A stretch of 64,000 bases of DNA from Actinomycetales bacterium (GTDB lineage: Bacteria; Actinomycetota; Actinomycetes; JAJZTN01), in assembly GCA_051960855.1 (NCBI GenBank), contig JBQCDV010000091.1, positions 56,347 through 120,346 on the forward strand. The letters run 5' to 3'. Position numbers and translations under genes: made by a program. The notes below the pieces were generated by a model, which saw only the letters and a list, made by a program, of their open reading frames with translations, searched no databases and was not told the DNA's origin. This document shows positions 29,433-38,569 of the stretch, in pieces (within the stretch, counting starts at the first letter, position 1; each line of letters opens with the position of its first letter).

Positions 29433-29813
29433 GACGAGTCGGCCGGGCGGTCGCGTCGGCCGTCACCGCGAGGTGGCTGCCGCCGAGGAAAGTCCGGGCT
29501 CCACAGGGCAGGGTGGTGGGTAACGCCCACCCGGGGTGACCCGCGGGACAGTGCCACAGAGAGCAGACCGCCGGCTCCCTTCGGGGACCGGTAAGGGTGA
29601 AAGGGTGGTGTAAGAGACCACCAGCGCCTGGGGTGACCCAGGCGGCTCGGCAAACCCCACCCGGAGCAAGGTCAGACAGGAAGCGTCCGAGGGCGGCCCG
29701 CCCGAGCTTCCGGGTAGACCGCTGGAGGCCACCGGCAACGGTGGCCCGAGATGGATGGCCGTCGCGCACCGCGAGGTGCGTCAACAGAACCCGGCTTACA
29801 GGCCGGCTCGTCC
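29433..29813 (+). ncRNA. rnpB: RNase P RNA (bacterial type A)
   Basis: GAGGAAAGTCCGGGCTCCACAGGGCA P4 region and ACAGAACCCGGCTTA 3' P4 strand; P1 stem GACGAGTCGGCC / GGCCGGCTCGTC. Confidence 0.85.
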
Positions 29814-29831
29814 CCTTACCTCGGGAGCGCC

Positions 29832-30236
29832 ATGAGTCAGAGCAGTTCGATGACGACGTCACGAACAGGTCGTCTCGTGGCGGCGCGACTCCTCCTGGCA
29901 CCCCCCTGGGCCGTCGCCAACCTGACCCTCGGAGTCGGGATGGTGCTGCCCGTCGGCTACGTCGTGACCCTTGCTGCCTACCTGCGTCAGCGCGGGCACG
30001 CGCACCACGCGTACGTCGACGTCCGAGGCCGGCTCTCCCCGTTCTCTGGGCTCTTCGACAGTGACGAGGTCGGCATCATCGCCGTCGTCGTCCTTCTCGT
30101 CACGGTGGTGCTGCTCGCTCTCACGGCCGCTGTCAACCATCGGCTGGCGGCGCGCCTCACCACGGGGCGACGCACACCTGTGTGGGGCATCGCTGTCCTG
30201 CTGCAGCTCGTCCCGTCGCTGTGGGTTTGGCGGTAG
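29832..30236 (+). CDS. hypothetical small membrane protein
   Basis: 134 aa with 3-4 hydrophobic segments; start set downstream of rnpB. Confidence 0.4.
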   Translation: MSQSSSMTTSRTGRLVAARLLLAPPWAVANLTLGVGMVLPVGYVVTLAAYLRQRGHAHHAYVDVRGRLSPFSGLFDSDEVGIIAVVVLLVTVVLLALTAAVNHRLAARLTTGRRTPVWGIAVLLQLVPSLWVWR

Positions 30237-30255
30237 GAGGATCCGGCATCGAGGC

Positions 30256-30702
30256 TCAGCCGTCGATGCGCATCTCGACCGGCGTGGGCAGCTCGACGGT
30301 CCGTCCGACGGTGCACAGCCGGTCGTGGGACTCGGCGACCGCCTTGGGAAGGACGGCGCGGGCAGCGTCGCCGGCCTCGCCGTCGGGGAACGTCACGCGG
30401 AAGGTGACAGCGACGTTCGTGAGGTGGTTGCCCTCATCGTCGCGGACCTTGTCCGCCTCGACCGTGACCGAGAAGCCGGTCGGCTCCGCGCGACGGGTCG
30501 TGAGGATGTCGACGTCGACGGCGGTGCAGCCACCGATGGCGGCGAGCAGCAGCTCGACGGGGGTGAAGACGTCGCTGTCACCGGTGCCCATGCTGACGGT
30601 GCCGCCTCGCCGGTTGTGGGCGAGGAAGGAGCCGGCGCCGGTGCGCTCGACGGTGACGCTGCGCTTGGTGGTGGCGGGCTGAGGGTTCGTGATGTCCGTC
30701 AT
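30256..30702 (-). CDS. OsmC/Ohr family peroxiredoxin-like protein
   Basis: OsmC fold with two Cys (GGCTAVD, LCTVG); internal ATG (MTDITNP) chosen. Confidence 0.8.
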   Translation of the reverse strand: MTDITNPQPATTKRSVTVERTGAGSFLAHNRRGGTVSMGTGDSDVFTPVELLLAAIGGCTAVDVDILTTRRAEPTGFSVTVEADKVRDDEGNHLTNVAVTFRVTFPDGEAGDAARAVLPKAVAESHDRLCTVGRTVELPTPVEMRIDG

Positions 30703-30715
30703 GCCGCGAACGCTG

Positions 30716-31525
30716 TCAGACAGTCGACGGCGGGTCCAGTGCCTCCGGCCGCTGCCACGACGGCTTGTGCTCGTACACATCGCGGTAGTAGTCGAGCAGC
30801 TCGAGCTGTCCCGCCGCCGCCTGGTCGATGATGACGACGACGTGCGGATGGTGCTGGAGGACGGAGCCGGGCCAGCGCGCGGAGACGGGGCCTTCGATGA
30901 TGGCGGCCACCGCAGCCGCCTTCGCCTCGCCTTGGGCGACCAGCACGATGCGGCGAGCCTCGAGGATGGTCGCGAGGCCTTGGGTCAGGCAGTGCGTGGG
31001 GACCTCGGCGACTGAGGCGAAGAAGCGGGCGTTGTCAGCTCGGGTGCTGGGGGCGAGGGTCTTCAGGCGCGTCCGGGAGCCGAAGGACGAGGTCGGCTCG
31101 TTGAAGCCGATGTGGCCGTTGGCGCCGAGGCCCAGGATCTGCACGTCGATGCCCCCGGCCGCGGCGATCCGTCCCTCGAAGTCGGCGCAGGCCGCAGCGA
31201 GGTCCTCGGCTCGGCCATCGGGCACGTGGACGAGCGCGGGGTCCAGGCGCAGCGGCTCGACGACCTCTCGCCGGATCACGGAGGCGTAGCTCTGCGGGTG
31301 GCCGGCGGCGATCCCGACGTACTCGTCCAGCGCGAAGGCCGGGCAGCGTGAGAGGTCGAGCTGGCCAGCCTCGACGAGCCTGCGCAGCTCTTGGTAGGTG
31401 CCCACAGGCGACGACCCCGTGGCGAGTCCGAGCACCGCCTGCGGGTGCTGTCGCACGACGGCGGCCACGTGCGCAGCCGAGACGCGGGCGACGTCGGCGG
31501 GGTCGGGGAGGACGACAACTTCCAC
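30716..31525 (-). CDS. nagB: glucosamine-6-phosphate deaminase
   Basis: NagB motifs (LGLATGSSP, LGLGANGHIGFNEP); GTG start. Confidence 0.9.
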   Translation of the reverse strand: MEVVVLPDPADVARVSAAHVAAVVRQHPQAVLGLATGSSPVGTYQELRRLVEAGQLDLSRCPAFALDEYVGIAAGHPQSYASVIRREVVEPLRLDPALVHVPDGRAEDLAAACADFEGRIAAAGGIDVQILGLGANGHIGFNEPTSSFGSRTRLKTLAPSTRADNARFFASVAEVPTHCLTQGLATILEARRIVLVAQGEAKAAAVAAIIEGPVSARWPGSVLQHHPHVVVIIDQAAAGQLELLDYYRDVYEHKPSWQRPEALDPPSTV

Positions 31526-31534
31526 GATGGCGCC

Positions 31535-32473
31535 TCAGTCCGGGGTGGTGGTCTGCGGTCTGGTGCGCGCTGCCGCGAGAGCTGGCGCCGCGGCGAGCGC
31601 GGCTCCGACGACGGCGGCGGGCAGGTCGGGAGGCAGCAGCTGGATGCGGGCAGGCAGCTGCAGGCCGGTGAGGAAGTGCGACTGCGACGACCAGTCGACG
31701 AGGAGGTCGCGGACCCGCGCGAGCAGCTGGTCGCCGAGCCGGCTGAGGCCGCCGCCGATCACGACGGTGCCGACGTCCACGGTCAGGATGAGCAGGCGCG
31801 CCGCGGCGGCGACCCCGTGGGCGAGCTGGGCCGAGATCTGCTGCACCAGCGCGCTTCCGCTGTCGCCGCTCGCGAGCAGGTCGGACAGGGGCGTGCGGTC
31901 CTCACCGGCGAGAGCGCGGCCGAGGCCCGATCCCGACGCCATCGTCTCGAGGCAGCCGACCTGGCCGCAGGAGCACACCTCGCCAGCTGGGTCGACGGGC
32001 ACGTGCCCGACCTCTCCGGCCGCCCCGCGGCTGCCTCGCAGGAGGTGCCCGTCGATGACGAGGCCGGCCGCCATGCCGGTGCCGAGGTTGAGATAGGCCA
32101 TGGAGCCGCTGAGCTCCATCAGCTGGTAGGCGCCGAGCGCGGCGGCGTTGACGTCGTTCTCGACGGTGACCGCCACTCCGAGCCGTCGCTGCAGCTCGCC
32201 GCCCAGGTCCAGCTCGCTCACGCCGAGGTTGACGGCGTGGGAGACCAGGCGGGTGCGCGGGTCCACCACCCCCGGGACGCCGACACCGATCGACTCGAAC
32301 TGCCCGGGACGCAGTCCCGTGCGCGTGGACAGCTCCCAGATGCTGTCGACCGCGGCCTGGATCACGCCCTCCGGGCCGAAGCCCGTCGGCAGCCGCAGGC
32401 CCGTCACCACTGTGCCGTCCTCGACAGCCACCGCCTCGGTCTTGGTGCCGCCGATGTCGATGCCCAGCTTCAT
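31535..32473 (-). CDS. ROK-family sugar kinase (N-acetylglucosamine kinase-like)
   Basis: MKLGIDIGGTK ATP motif and CSCGQVGCLE zinc motif. Confidence 0.85.
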   Translation of the reverse strand: MKLGIDIGGTKTEAVAVEDGTVVTGLRLPTGFGPEGVIQAAVDSIWELSTRTGLRPGQFESIGVGVPGVVDPRTRLVSHAVNLGVSELDLGGELQRRLGVAVTVENDVNAAALGAYQLMELSGSMAYLNLGTGMAAGLVIDGHLLRGSRGAAGEVGHVPVDPAGEVCSCGQVGCLETMASGSGLGRALAGEDRTPLSDLLASGDSGSALVQQISAQLAHGVAAAARLLILTVDVGTVVIGGGLSRLGDQLLARVRDLLVDWSSQSHFLTGLQLPARIQLLPPDLPAAVVGAALAAAPALAAARTRPQTTTPD

Positions 32474-33963
32474 CGGATGGCACCGTCGAGAAGGGTGAGC
32501 AGCGCCTCGCCGACCAGACGCGACGCACCGAAGGTCGCGATGTCGACGACGTCTCCTCCTCCTCGTGCTGTGCCGGGCCACCCCATGTCGACGACGAGCA
32601 CGGACGGGTTCGCCTGCCGCAGACGTGCGATGAGGTCGCGTGCGAAGGGCCGCCGGTGCAGGTCTTTGCCGACGACCAGCACCGGTCCCTCCAGCGGTCC
32701 TACCTCGGCGCCCTCACCCTCGCGGACGACCAGGACCCGCCCGGGAGTGAAGGGCCGGGTCACGTTCGACTGCGGCTGGCGTTCGGCGGCGGGGAAGGGA
32801 CCCCACGGAGCTGAGCCGACGGCAATGTTCGCAGCCGTCTCAACACGGATCACCGTGAAGCCGGACGTCGCCGTGCGGCACCAGGGCTGGATGTCGGTGC
32901 GGAGGTCGAAGGACGCGACGATGCGGCGCAGCTCCGCGGCATCGTCAGCCGGACGGTCGGGCTCACCCCGCTCTCGCTGGTCACGCAGCTCCGCGCCGAG
33001 CCGCTGGACCCGCGCTGCGGCCTCCGCCACCCGCTCCGCGGTCAGGTCTCCCCGGGCGACGGCCTGGGCGATCTCGCGCTCGATGTCGCAGAGGTCCTGC
33101 TCGGTCGTGTCCGTGCCGATGCACAGCAGGTCGCAGCCGGCGGCCAGAGCCTGGACGGCGGCAGCCGGGATGCCGAGGCTGCCGCTGGCGCCGGCCATGT
33201 CGAGTGCGTCGGACACCACGACGCCCTGGAAGCCCAGTTCCTTGCGCAGGAGAGTGGAGATGACCTGGGGACTCAGTGTCGCCGGGCGGTCCGGGTCGAG
33301 GGCGGTGACGACGATGTGCGAGGTCATGACCGCTTTCACCCCGGCATCCACGGCCGCCCGGAACGGCGCCAGCTCGCGCTGGTGCAGGAGCTCGAGGCTG
33401 ACGTCGATGACAGGAAGGGCCACGTGCGAGTCCTGGCCGGTGTCACCGTGTCCCGGGAAGTGCTTGACGGTCGCGGCCACGCCAGTCGACTGGAGTCCGC
33501 GCACCCAGGCGACGCCGTGTCGTGCCACGAGGTCGGGATCGGCTCCGAAGCTCCGGACGCCGATCACGGGATTGTCGGGGTTGGAGTTGGTGTCGATGTC
33601 GGGGGCGAAGTCGAGGTTGCAGCCTGCTCGCCGCAGCTCCCAGCCGACCCGACGGGCCACGGTCTCCGTGCGTGCCACGTCGTCGATCCGTCCGAGGACG
33701 GCGTTCCCCGGATAGGGGGAACCGGTCGCGTAGTGCAGGCGGGTGACGTCGCCACCTTCCTCGTCGATGGCGACGAGGGCCTCGGGGTGAGCGCTGAAGA
33801 TGCCGGTCGTCAGGTCCTTGACCTGGTCAGCGTCGACGATGTTGGAGCCAAAGAGGCACACCCCGGCCAGCCCATGCCGCAACCGCTCGTCGAGCCAGCT
33901 CGGTAGCCGGGTGCCAGTGAAGCCCGGCAACAGCGTGCCGCGCGCGACCGCCTCGATACCCAC
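32470..33963 (-). CDS. GH3 beta-N-acetylhexosaminidase (NagZ-like)
   Basis: KHFPGHGDTGQDSH NagZ signature. Confidence 0.9.
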   Translation of the reverse strand: MGIEAVARGTLLPGFTGTRLPSWLDERLRHGLAGVCLFGSNIVDADQVKDLTTGIFSAHPEALVAIDEEGGDVTRLHYATGSPYPGNAVLGRIDDVARTETVARRVGWELRRAGCNLDFAPDIDTNSNPDNPVIGVRSFGADPDLVARHGVAWVRGLQSTGVAATVKHFPGHGDTGQDSHVALPVIDVSLELLHQRELAPFRAAVDAGVKAVMTSHIVVTALDPDRPATLSPQVISTLLRKELGFQGVVVSDALDMAGASGSLGIPAAAVQALAAGCDLLCIGTDTTEQDLCDIEREIAQAVARGDLTAERVAEAAARVQRLGAELRDQRERGEPDRPADDAAELRRIVASFDLRTDIQPWCRTATSGFTVIRVETAANIAVGSAPWGPFPAAERQPQSNVTRPFTPGRVLVVREGEGAEVGPLEGPVLVVGKDLHRRPFARDLIARLRQANPSVLVVDMGWPGTARGGGDVVDIATFGASRLVGEALLTLLDGAIR

Positions 33964-33985
33964 GGTGCTCCTCTCCCCGCCGTTA

Positions 33986-34008
33986 TTTCGTTAGTAGACC
34001 TTACAAAC
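33986..34008. promoter_or_regulatory. operator-like motif TTTCGTTAGT-N6-TTACAAAC (site 1), followed by a CCCCCGCGGGGG palindrome
   Basis: Seen in the divergent nag / ROK-regulator intergenic region. Confidence 0.35.
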
Positions 34009-34134
34009 CCCCGCGGGGGCAAGAGGTCCAGGCGAGGCTCCAGGAGGCAGGCGGCACCGGTAACAGCGATGGGGAACGGGAATCGGCGCACGAGGGGAGT
34101 CTTCGGGCGCGCCGAAAATTAGGTCTTGACGAGA

Positions 34135-34162
34135 GTTTGTAAGCGATGTTCACTAACGAAAC
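34135..34162. promoter_or_regulatory. inverted second copy of the operator-like motif (GTTTGTAA-N9-ACTAACGAAA), about 30 bp upstream of the ROK regulator start
   Basis: Reverse complement matches site 1 at both half-sites. Confidence 0.35.
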
Positions 34163-34192
34163 CTCGAGAGCTCCGAGTGGAAGGGAGGGGTC

Positions 34193-35347
34193 ATGCGCAG
34201 ACCGTCGGCAATGGCGGCGGCCGCCGTCCCGGGACAGCGCTCCCTGCGGCTGACGGCCAAGGCGCTGCCAACCGACAGCCGGCAGCACAACCGCTCGCTG
34301 CTGCTGCAGGAGCTGTTCCACAACGGTGCGATGAGCCGCGCCGACCTCGCCCGCCGGTCCGGCCTCACCCCCGTCACGGTGTCCAACCTCGTCAAGGAGC
34401 TGTTGCGCGCCGGCCTGGTCGAGGACCAGGGAGCCACCGCTGCAGGGGGAGTCGGCAAGCCTGCGACGCTGATCGCCCTGCGGCGGCAGGCCTTCCAGAT
34501 CCTGTCGGTCGACCTGTCCGGCGACGACGTCTTCGTCGGGGCGGTGGTGGACCTGGAAGGCAACGTGGTCCGGCGCCATTCGGTGACGTCGAAGGGTCGC
34601 ACCGGGCGGCGCGCAGTCGACCTCGTGACCAGGGTCGTCGGCGCGCTCGTCGAGTTCGCGACGGCCCCCATCCTCGGCATCGGCATCGCGACACCCGGCA
34701 TCGTCGACAACCGCGGACGCGTGCTGTCTGCGCCCAACCTCAAGTGGACCGATGTGAATCTGGCGGGCCTCCTCGAGGAGCGGTTCGAGCTCCCGGTGCG
34801 CGTGGAGAACGACGCAGACGCCGAGGCCCTGGCGGCTCGAAGCTTCGGCCGCTCCAGCGGCAACAGCCTGATGGTCGTCACCATCAAGCACGGCGTGGGA
34901 GCCGGCCTCGTGCTCGGGGACATGCTCATCCACGGAGACGACTTCGCTGCCGGCGAGATCGGGCACGTGGTCGTCGACGAGGCCGGGGAGACCTGCTCGT
35001 GCGGCCGCCGCGGCTGCCTCGAGGTGTCGCTGGCCGTGCCGTCGCTGCGCCGCCGGTTCGCAGGGCGGTCGGAGTCGGAGCGCGAGGAGGTGCTCGTTGA
35101 CGCCGGACGCGCCCTCGGTGCCGCGCTGGCACCGATCACCAGCGCGCTCAACCTCAACGAGGTCATCCTGTCCGGCCCCGCCGAGCTGCTCGACGGTCCA
35201 CTGCGCGACAGCGCCCTCGACACCATCCGTGCGAAGACTCTGGCCGCCGTCAGCAGCGGCCTCCAGCTCAGCGTCGACACCAGCGGTGACCTCGCCCTTC
35301 TCGGTGCTGCCGTCCTCGTGCTGCACGCCGAGCTCGGCGTGGCCTGA
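34193..35347 (+). CDS. ROK-family transcriptional repressor (NagC/XylR-like)
   Basis: N-terminal HTH (RADLARRSGLTPVTVSNLVKEL) plus ROK domain with CSCGRRGCLE. Confidence 0.85.
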   Translation: MRRPSAMAAAAVPGQRSLRLTAKALPTDSRQHNRSLLLQELFHNGAMSRADLARRSGLTPVTVSNLVKELLRAGLVEDQGATAAGGVGKPATLIALRRQAFQILSVDLSGDDVFVGAVVDLEGNVVRRHSVTSKGRTGRRAVDLVTRVVGALVEFATAPILGIGIATPGIVDNRGRVLSAPNLKWTDVNLAGLLEERFELPVRVENDADAEALAARSFGRSSGNSLMVVTIKHGVGAGLVLGDMLIHGDDFAAGEIGHVVVDEAGETCSCGRRGCLEVSLAVPSLRRRFAGRSESEREEVLVDAGRALGAALAPITSALNLNEVILSGPAELLDGPLRDSALDTIRAKTLAAVSSGLQLSVDTSGDLALLGAAVLVLHAELGVA

Positions 35348-35387
35348 ACACACATCCGGTTGGCTCCATTACCAGCAAGGAGATTCG

Positions 35388-36749
35388 ATGAAGAGGTCTC
35401 GATTTGTGGCAGTCGGCGCCGCCGGACTCGCCATCGGCCTGTCGCTCGCCGCCTGCTCCAGCAGCGGCACCGGTGCCGGCAACGTCGCTGACAAGTCAGG
35501 CAGCGCCGCGACGGGTGGGGCATCGGGCACCGGGGGATCGGGCGCGCTGCCCGGGGCCGGCCAGACGATCACCGTCTGGGAGATGAACGGCGACCTCACG
35601 CCGGCGACCCTCGACGCCATCAACGCGGAGTTCACCAAGAAGACCGGGGCGAAGGTGAACGTGCAGCTGCAGGACTGGTCGGGGATCACGACCAAGCTGA
35701 CGACGGCTCTGGCCACGTCCAACCCGCCGGACGTCGTCGACGTCGGCAACACCCAGGTGCCCAGCTATGCGGCGACCGGCGGTCTGGCCGACCTGACGAG
35801 TCACAAGGACGAGCTGGCCCAGGGGCGCACGTGGCTCGGGGGACTCGTGGACCCGGCCACCGTCGACGGCAAGCTCTACGGCGTCCCGTCCTTCGCGGGC
35901 ACGCGGGCCGTCATCTACAACAAGAAGATGTGGGCTGACGCGGGCATCACCAGTAGCCCGACCACGTACGAGGAGCTGACGGCCGATCTCGACAAGATCA
36001 AGGCCAAGAACACGGCGAGCGACTTCTCCGCCTTCTACCTGCCAGGGAAGTACTGGTACGCGGGGCTGCAGTGGGTCTGGGACGCCGGTGGCGACCTTGC
36101 CACCCAGTCCAACGGGTCGTGGAAGGCCGGCCTGTCCAGCCCTGAGGCCCAGCAGGGGCTGAAGGACTTCAAGGAGTTCCAGAACACCTACTCCACGCCG
36201 GCGTCACGCACGCTCAACACCGACAAGCCCGACCAGGACCAGGTCTTCGCCGACGGTAAGACGAGCGCGATCCTCGGCAACGGGTGGGAGATCGGGGTCA
36301 TCCAGAAGAACAACCCGAAGCTCACGAACGACGACCTGGGAACGTTCGCGTTCCCGGGGAAGTCAGGCAAGGCCCAGCCGGTGCTGCTCGGAGGCTCCGA
36401 CTGGAGCGTGCCCGTCAAGAGCGCCCACCAGGACCTCGCGCTGGAGTGGCTGAAGATTGCGGCCGGGCCGCAGATCCAGGACACGCTGGTCTTCGGCAAG
36501 GAGGGCTGGATCCCGAACACCCTCGAGGGAGTCAAGGCGGCCGCAAACGGCCAGCTGACCGACATCCAGAAGGGCTATTTCACGGCGGCGCAAACGTCGA
36601 AGTCCACGCCGGCCGCGGCCAACTGGTCCACCATCGAAGGCGACAACAGCATCACCGAGTTCTTCTCGTCGATCGCCTCAGGGGCGCAGACGCCGGAGGC
36701 GGCCGCGAAGGCTTTCGATGCGCACATCGAATCGGTCCTGAACAAGTAG
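35388..36749 (+). CDS. ABC transporter sugar-binding lipoprotein (NgcE-like, GlcNAc/chitobiose)
   Basis: Lipobox LSLAAC; family 1 SBP; AAGGAG RBS; ORF-track N-terminal 97 aa rejected. Confidence 0.9.
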   Translation: MKRSRFVAVGAAGLAIGLSLAACSSSGTGAGNVADKSGSAATGGASGTGGSGALPGAGQTITVWEMNGDLTPATLDAINAEFTKKTGAKVNVQLQDWSGITTKLTTALATSNPPDVVDVGNTQVPSYAATGGLADLTSHKDELAQGRTWLGGLVDPATVDGKLYGVPSFAGTRAVIYNKKMWADAGITSSPTTYEELTADLDKIKAKNTASDFSAFYLPGKYWYAGLQWVWDAGGDLATQSNGSWKAGLSSPEAQQGLKDFKEFQNTYSTPASRTLNTDKPDQDQVFADGKTSAILGNGWEIGVIQKNNPKLTNDDLGTFAFPGKSGKAQPVLLGGSDWSVPVKSAHQDLALEWLKIAAGPQIQDTLVFGKEGWIPNTLEGVKAAANGQLTDIQKGYFTAAQTSKSTPAAANWSTIEGDNSITEFFSSIASGAQTPEAAAKAFDAHIESVLNK

Positions 36750-36773
36750 CGGCGAGAGGTCGGTCCTAGCGCG

Positions 36774-37745
36774 ATGGCTGCCGTCGAGTCGACGGGTGTG
36801 GGCGGGACGCTTGCGGCGAAACCGCGGCGTCCCGGCCGTGCCAAGCCCTTCCGCCGGTCGAGCCCCTGGATGCCAGTGGCCCTGCTGGCCCCGGCGATGA
36901 CGGTGGTCATCGCGCTGATCCTCGTGCCGATCCTGTTTCTGGTCTTCACCTCGTTCACCGACTTCGACCAGAAGTCGTTGTTCACCGGGACGTTCCAGTT
37001 CGTCGGGATCTCGCAGTACACCGCGGTCTTCACCGACTCCGGCTTCTGGCTCGCCTTCGCACGGACGGTCGGCTTCACGACGGCGATGGTGGCCGGCAGC
37101 GTCGTTCTGGGGATGGGGGTCGCCCAGCTGCTGGCGATGCTCGGCCGAGGCATGCGATACGTCGTCACCGTCGTGCTCATCCTGGCGTGGGCGATGCCGA
37201 ACGTGGCCTCGTCCCTGGTCTGGAACTGGCTCTTCCAGCCCGGCTACGGAGTCGCCAACTGGCTGCTGACCTCCACGCACTTGTTCGGCGACCTGACCGA
37301 CGTCAACTGGGGCGAGCGCGCGCCGCTGGCCTATCTGGCCATCTGGATGCTCATCGTCTGGCAGGCCGTGCCCTTCATCGCTCTCACCCTCTACGCCGCT
37401 CAGACGCAGGTGCCGACCGAGTACTTCGAGGCGGCCCGCCTGGACGGTGCCGGGGAGTGGCTGATCTACCGACGGCTGACCGTGCCCTTCCTCAAGCCGA
37501 CGCTGCTGCTGATGACGATCCTGTCGATCATCTGGGACTTCAACGTCTTCAACCAGATCTGGCTCGTCTCCCAGGGCGGCCCGCACGACGCGACCTCCAC
37601 GCTGGGGGTCTGGACCTACAAGACCGCCTTCGTCGGCTTCCACCTCGGCCAGGGCGCCGCGATCGCCGTCGTCACGCTGCTCCTGCTCCTCGGCCTGACG
37701 GCGTTCTACATCCGCAGTCTCGTGCGCAGCGGGGAGGACCTGTGA
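36774..37745 (+). CDS. sugar ABC transporter permease (MalF-type)
   Basis: 6 TM segments with an EAA loop. Confidence 0.9.
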   Translation: MAAVESTGVGGTLAAKPRRPGRAKPFRRSSPWMPVALLAPAMTVVIALILVPILFLVFTSFTDFDQKSLFTGTFQFVGISQYTAVFTDSGFWLAFARTVGFTTAMVAGSVVLGMGVAQLLAMLGRGMRYVVTVVLILAWAMPNVASSLVWNWLFQPGYGVANWLLTSTHLFGDLTDVNWGERAPLAYLAIWMLIVWQAVPFIALTLYAAQTQVPTEYFEAARLDGAGEWLIYRRLTVPFLKPTLLLMTILSIIWDFNVFNQIWLVSQGGPHDATSTLGVWTYKTAFVGFHLGQGAAIAVVTLLLLLGLTAFYIRSLVRSGEDL

Positions 37746-38569
37746 CGCCTTCGCTCCGGCGCCGTGTCGCGAACGCCATCGCCGTGGTGTTCGTCGTGGT
37801 CTGGATCTTCCCGGTGTACTGGATGGTCAACACCGCGTTCAAGCCGCGGTCGGAGGTCATGACGGCGACGCCGCTCTTCCTGCCGCGTCACCCCACCTGG
37901 TCGAACTTCGTCAACGCCGTCACGCAGACCAACTTCCTGATCGACCTGCGCAACAGTGCGATCGTCGTGCTCGGGGCCATGGTCGCCTCCATCGCCGTCG
38001 GGCTGTTCGCAGCCGCGGCCCTCACACGGTTCCGCTTCCGCGGACGGCGCTCGATCATGGTCGGCATCCTGGCGGTGCAGATGCTTCCGGCGACCGCCCT
38101 GCTGATCCCGACGTTCCTCGTCTTCAACCGACTGGGGCTGCTCGGCACCTACGCCGGGCTGATCCTCGCCTACGTGGCGGCCGTGCTGCCGTTCTCGATC
38201 TGGGTCATGCGGGGGTTCTTCCTCCTCATCCCCGTCGAGCTCGAGGAGGCGGCGATGGTCGACGGAGCCGGCAGCTGGCGGATCCTGCGCAGCGTCCTCG
38301 TGCCCCTCGTCATGCCCGGCGTGGTGGCGACGAGCATCTTCGCCTTCATCGCCGCCTGGAACGACTACCTGACCGCCTACACCTTCATGAAGGATCAGAC
38401 GATGTACACCCTGCCGGTCTGGCTGGCGTCGTTCTCGACGAAGACGGGGACCGATGTGGGAGCGCAGATGGCGGGCTCGGTCGTGTTCTCGCTACCGGTC
38501 GTCGTCTTCTTCCTGCTCATCCAGCGAAAACTGGTCGCGGGGATGTCAGCCGGCGCCGTGAAGGGCTGA
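37742..38569 (+). CDS. sugar ABC transporter permease (MalG-type)
   Basis: GTG start overlapping the upstream stop (GTGA); EAA motif. Confidence 0.9.
   Translation: MTPSLRRRVANAIAVVFVVVWIFPVYWMVNTAFKPRSEVMTATPLFLPRHPTWSNFVNAVTQTNFLIDLRNSAIVVLGAMVASIAVGLFAAAALTRFRFRGRRSIMVGILAVQMLPATALLIPTFLVFNRLGLLGTYAGLILAYVAAVLPFSIWVMRGFFLLIPVELEEAAMVDGAGSWRILRSVLVPLVMPGVVATSIFAFIAAWNDYLTAYTFMKDQTMYTLPVWLASFSTKTGTDVGAQMAGSVVFSLPVVVFFLLIQRKLVAGMSAGAVKG

Noticed and set aside
34100-34125. GGCGCGCC-centred near-palindrome in the nag intergenic region
   Set aside because: Only 8 bp are truly palindromic; such GC palindromes are common by chance at 70% GC
35097-35387. N-terminal 97 aa of the sugar-binding protein ORF
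   Set aside because: Overlaps the ROK regulator 3' end; a real ATG with AAGGAG RBS and signal peptide begins at 35388
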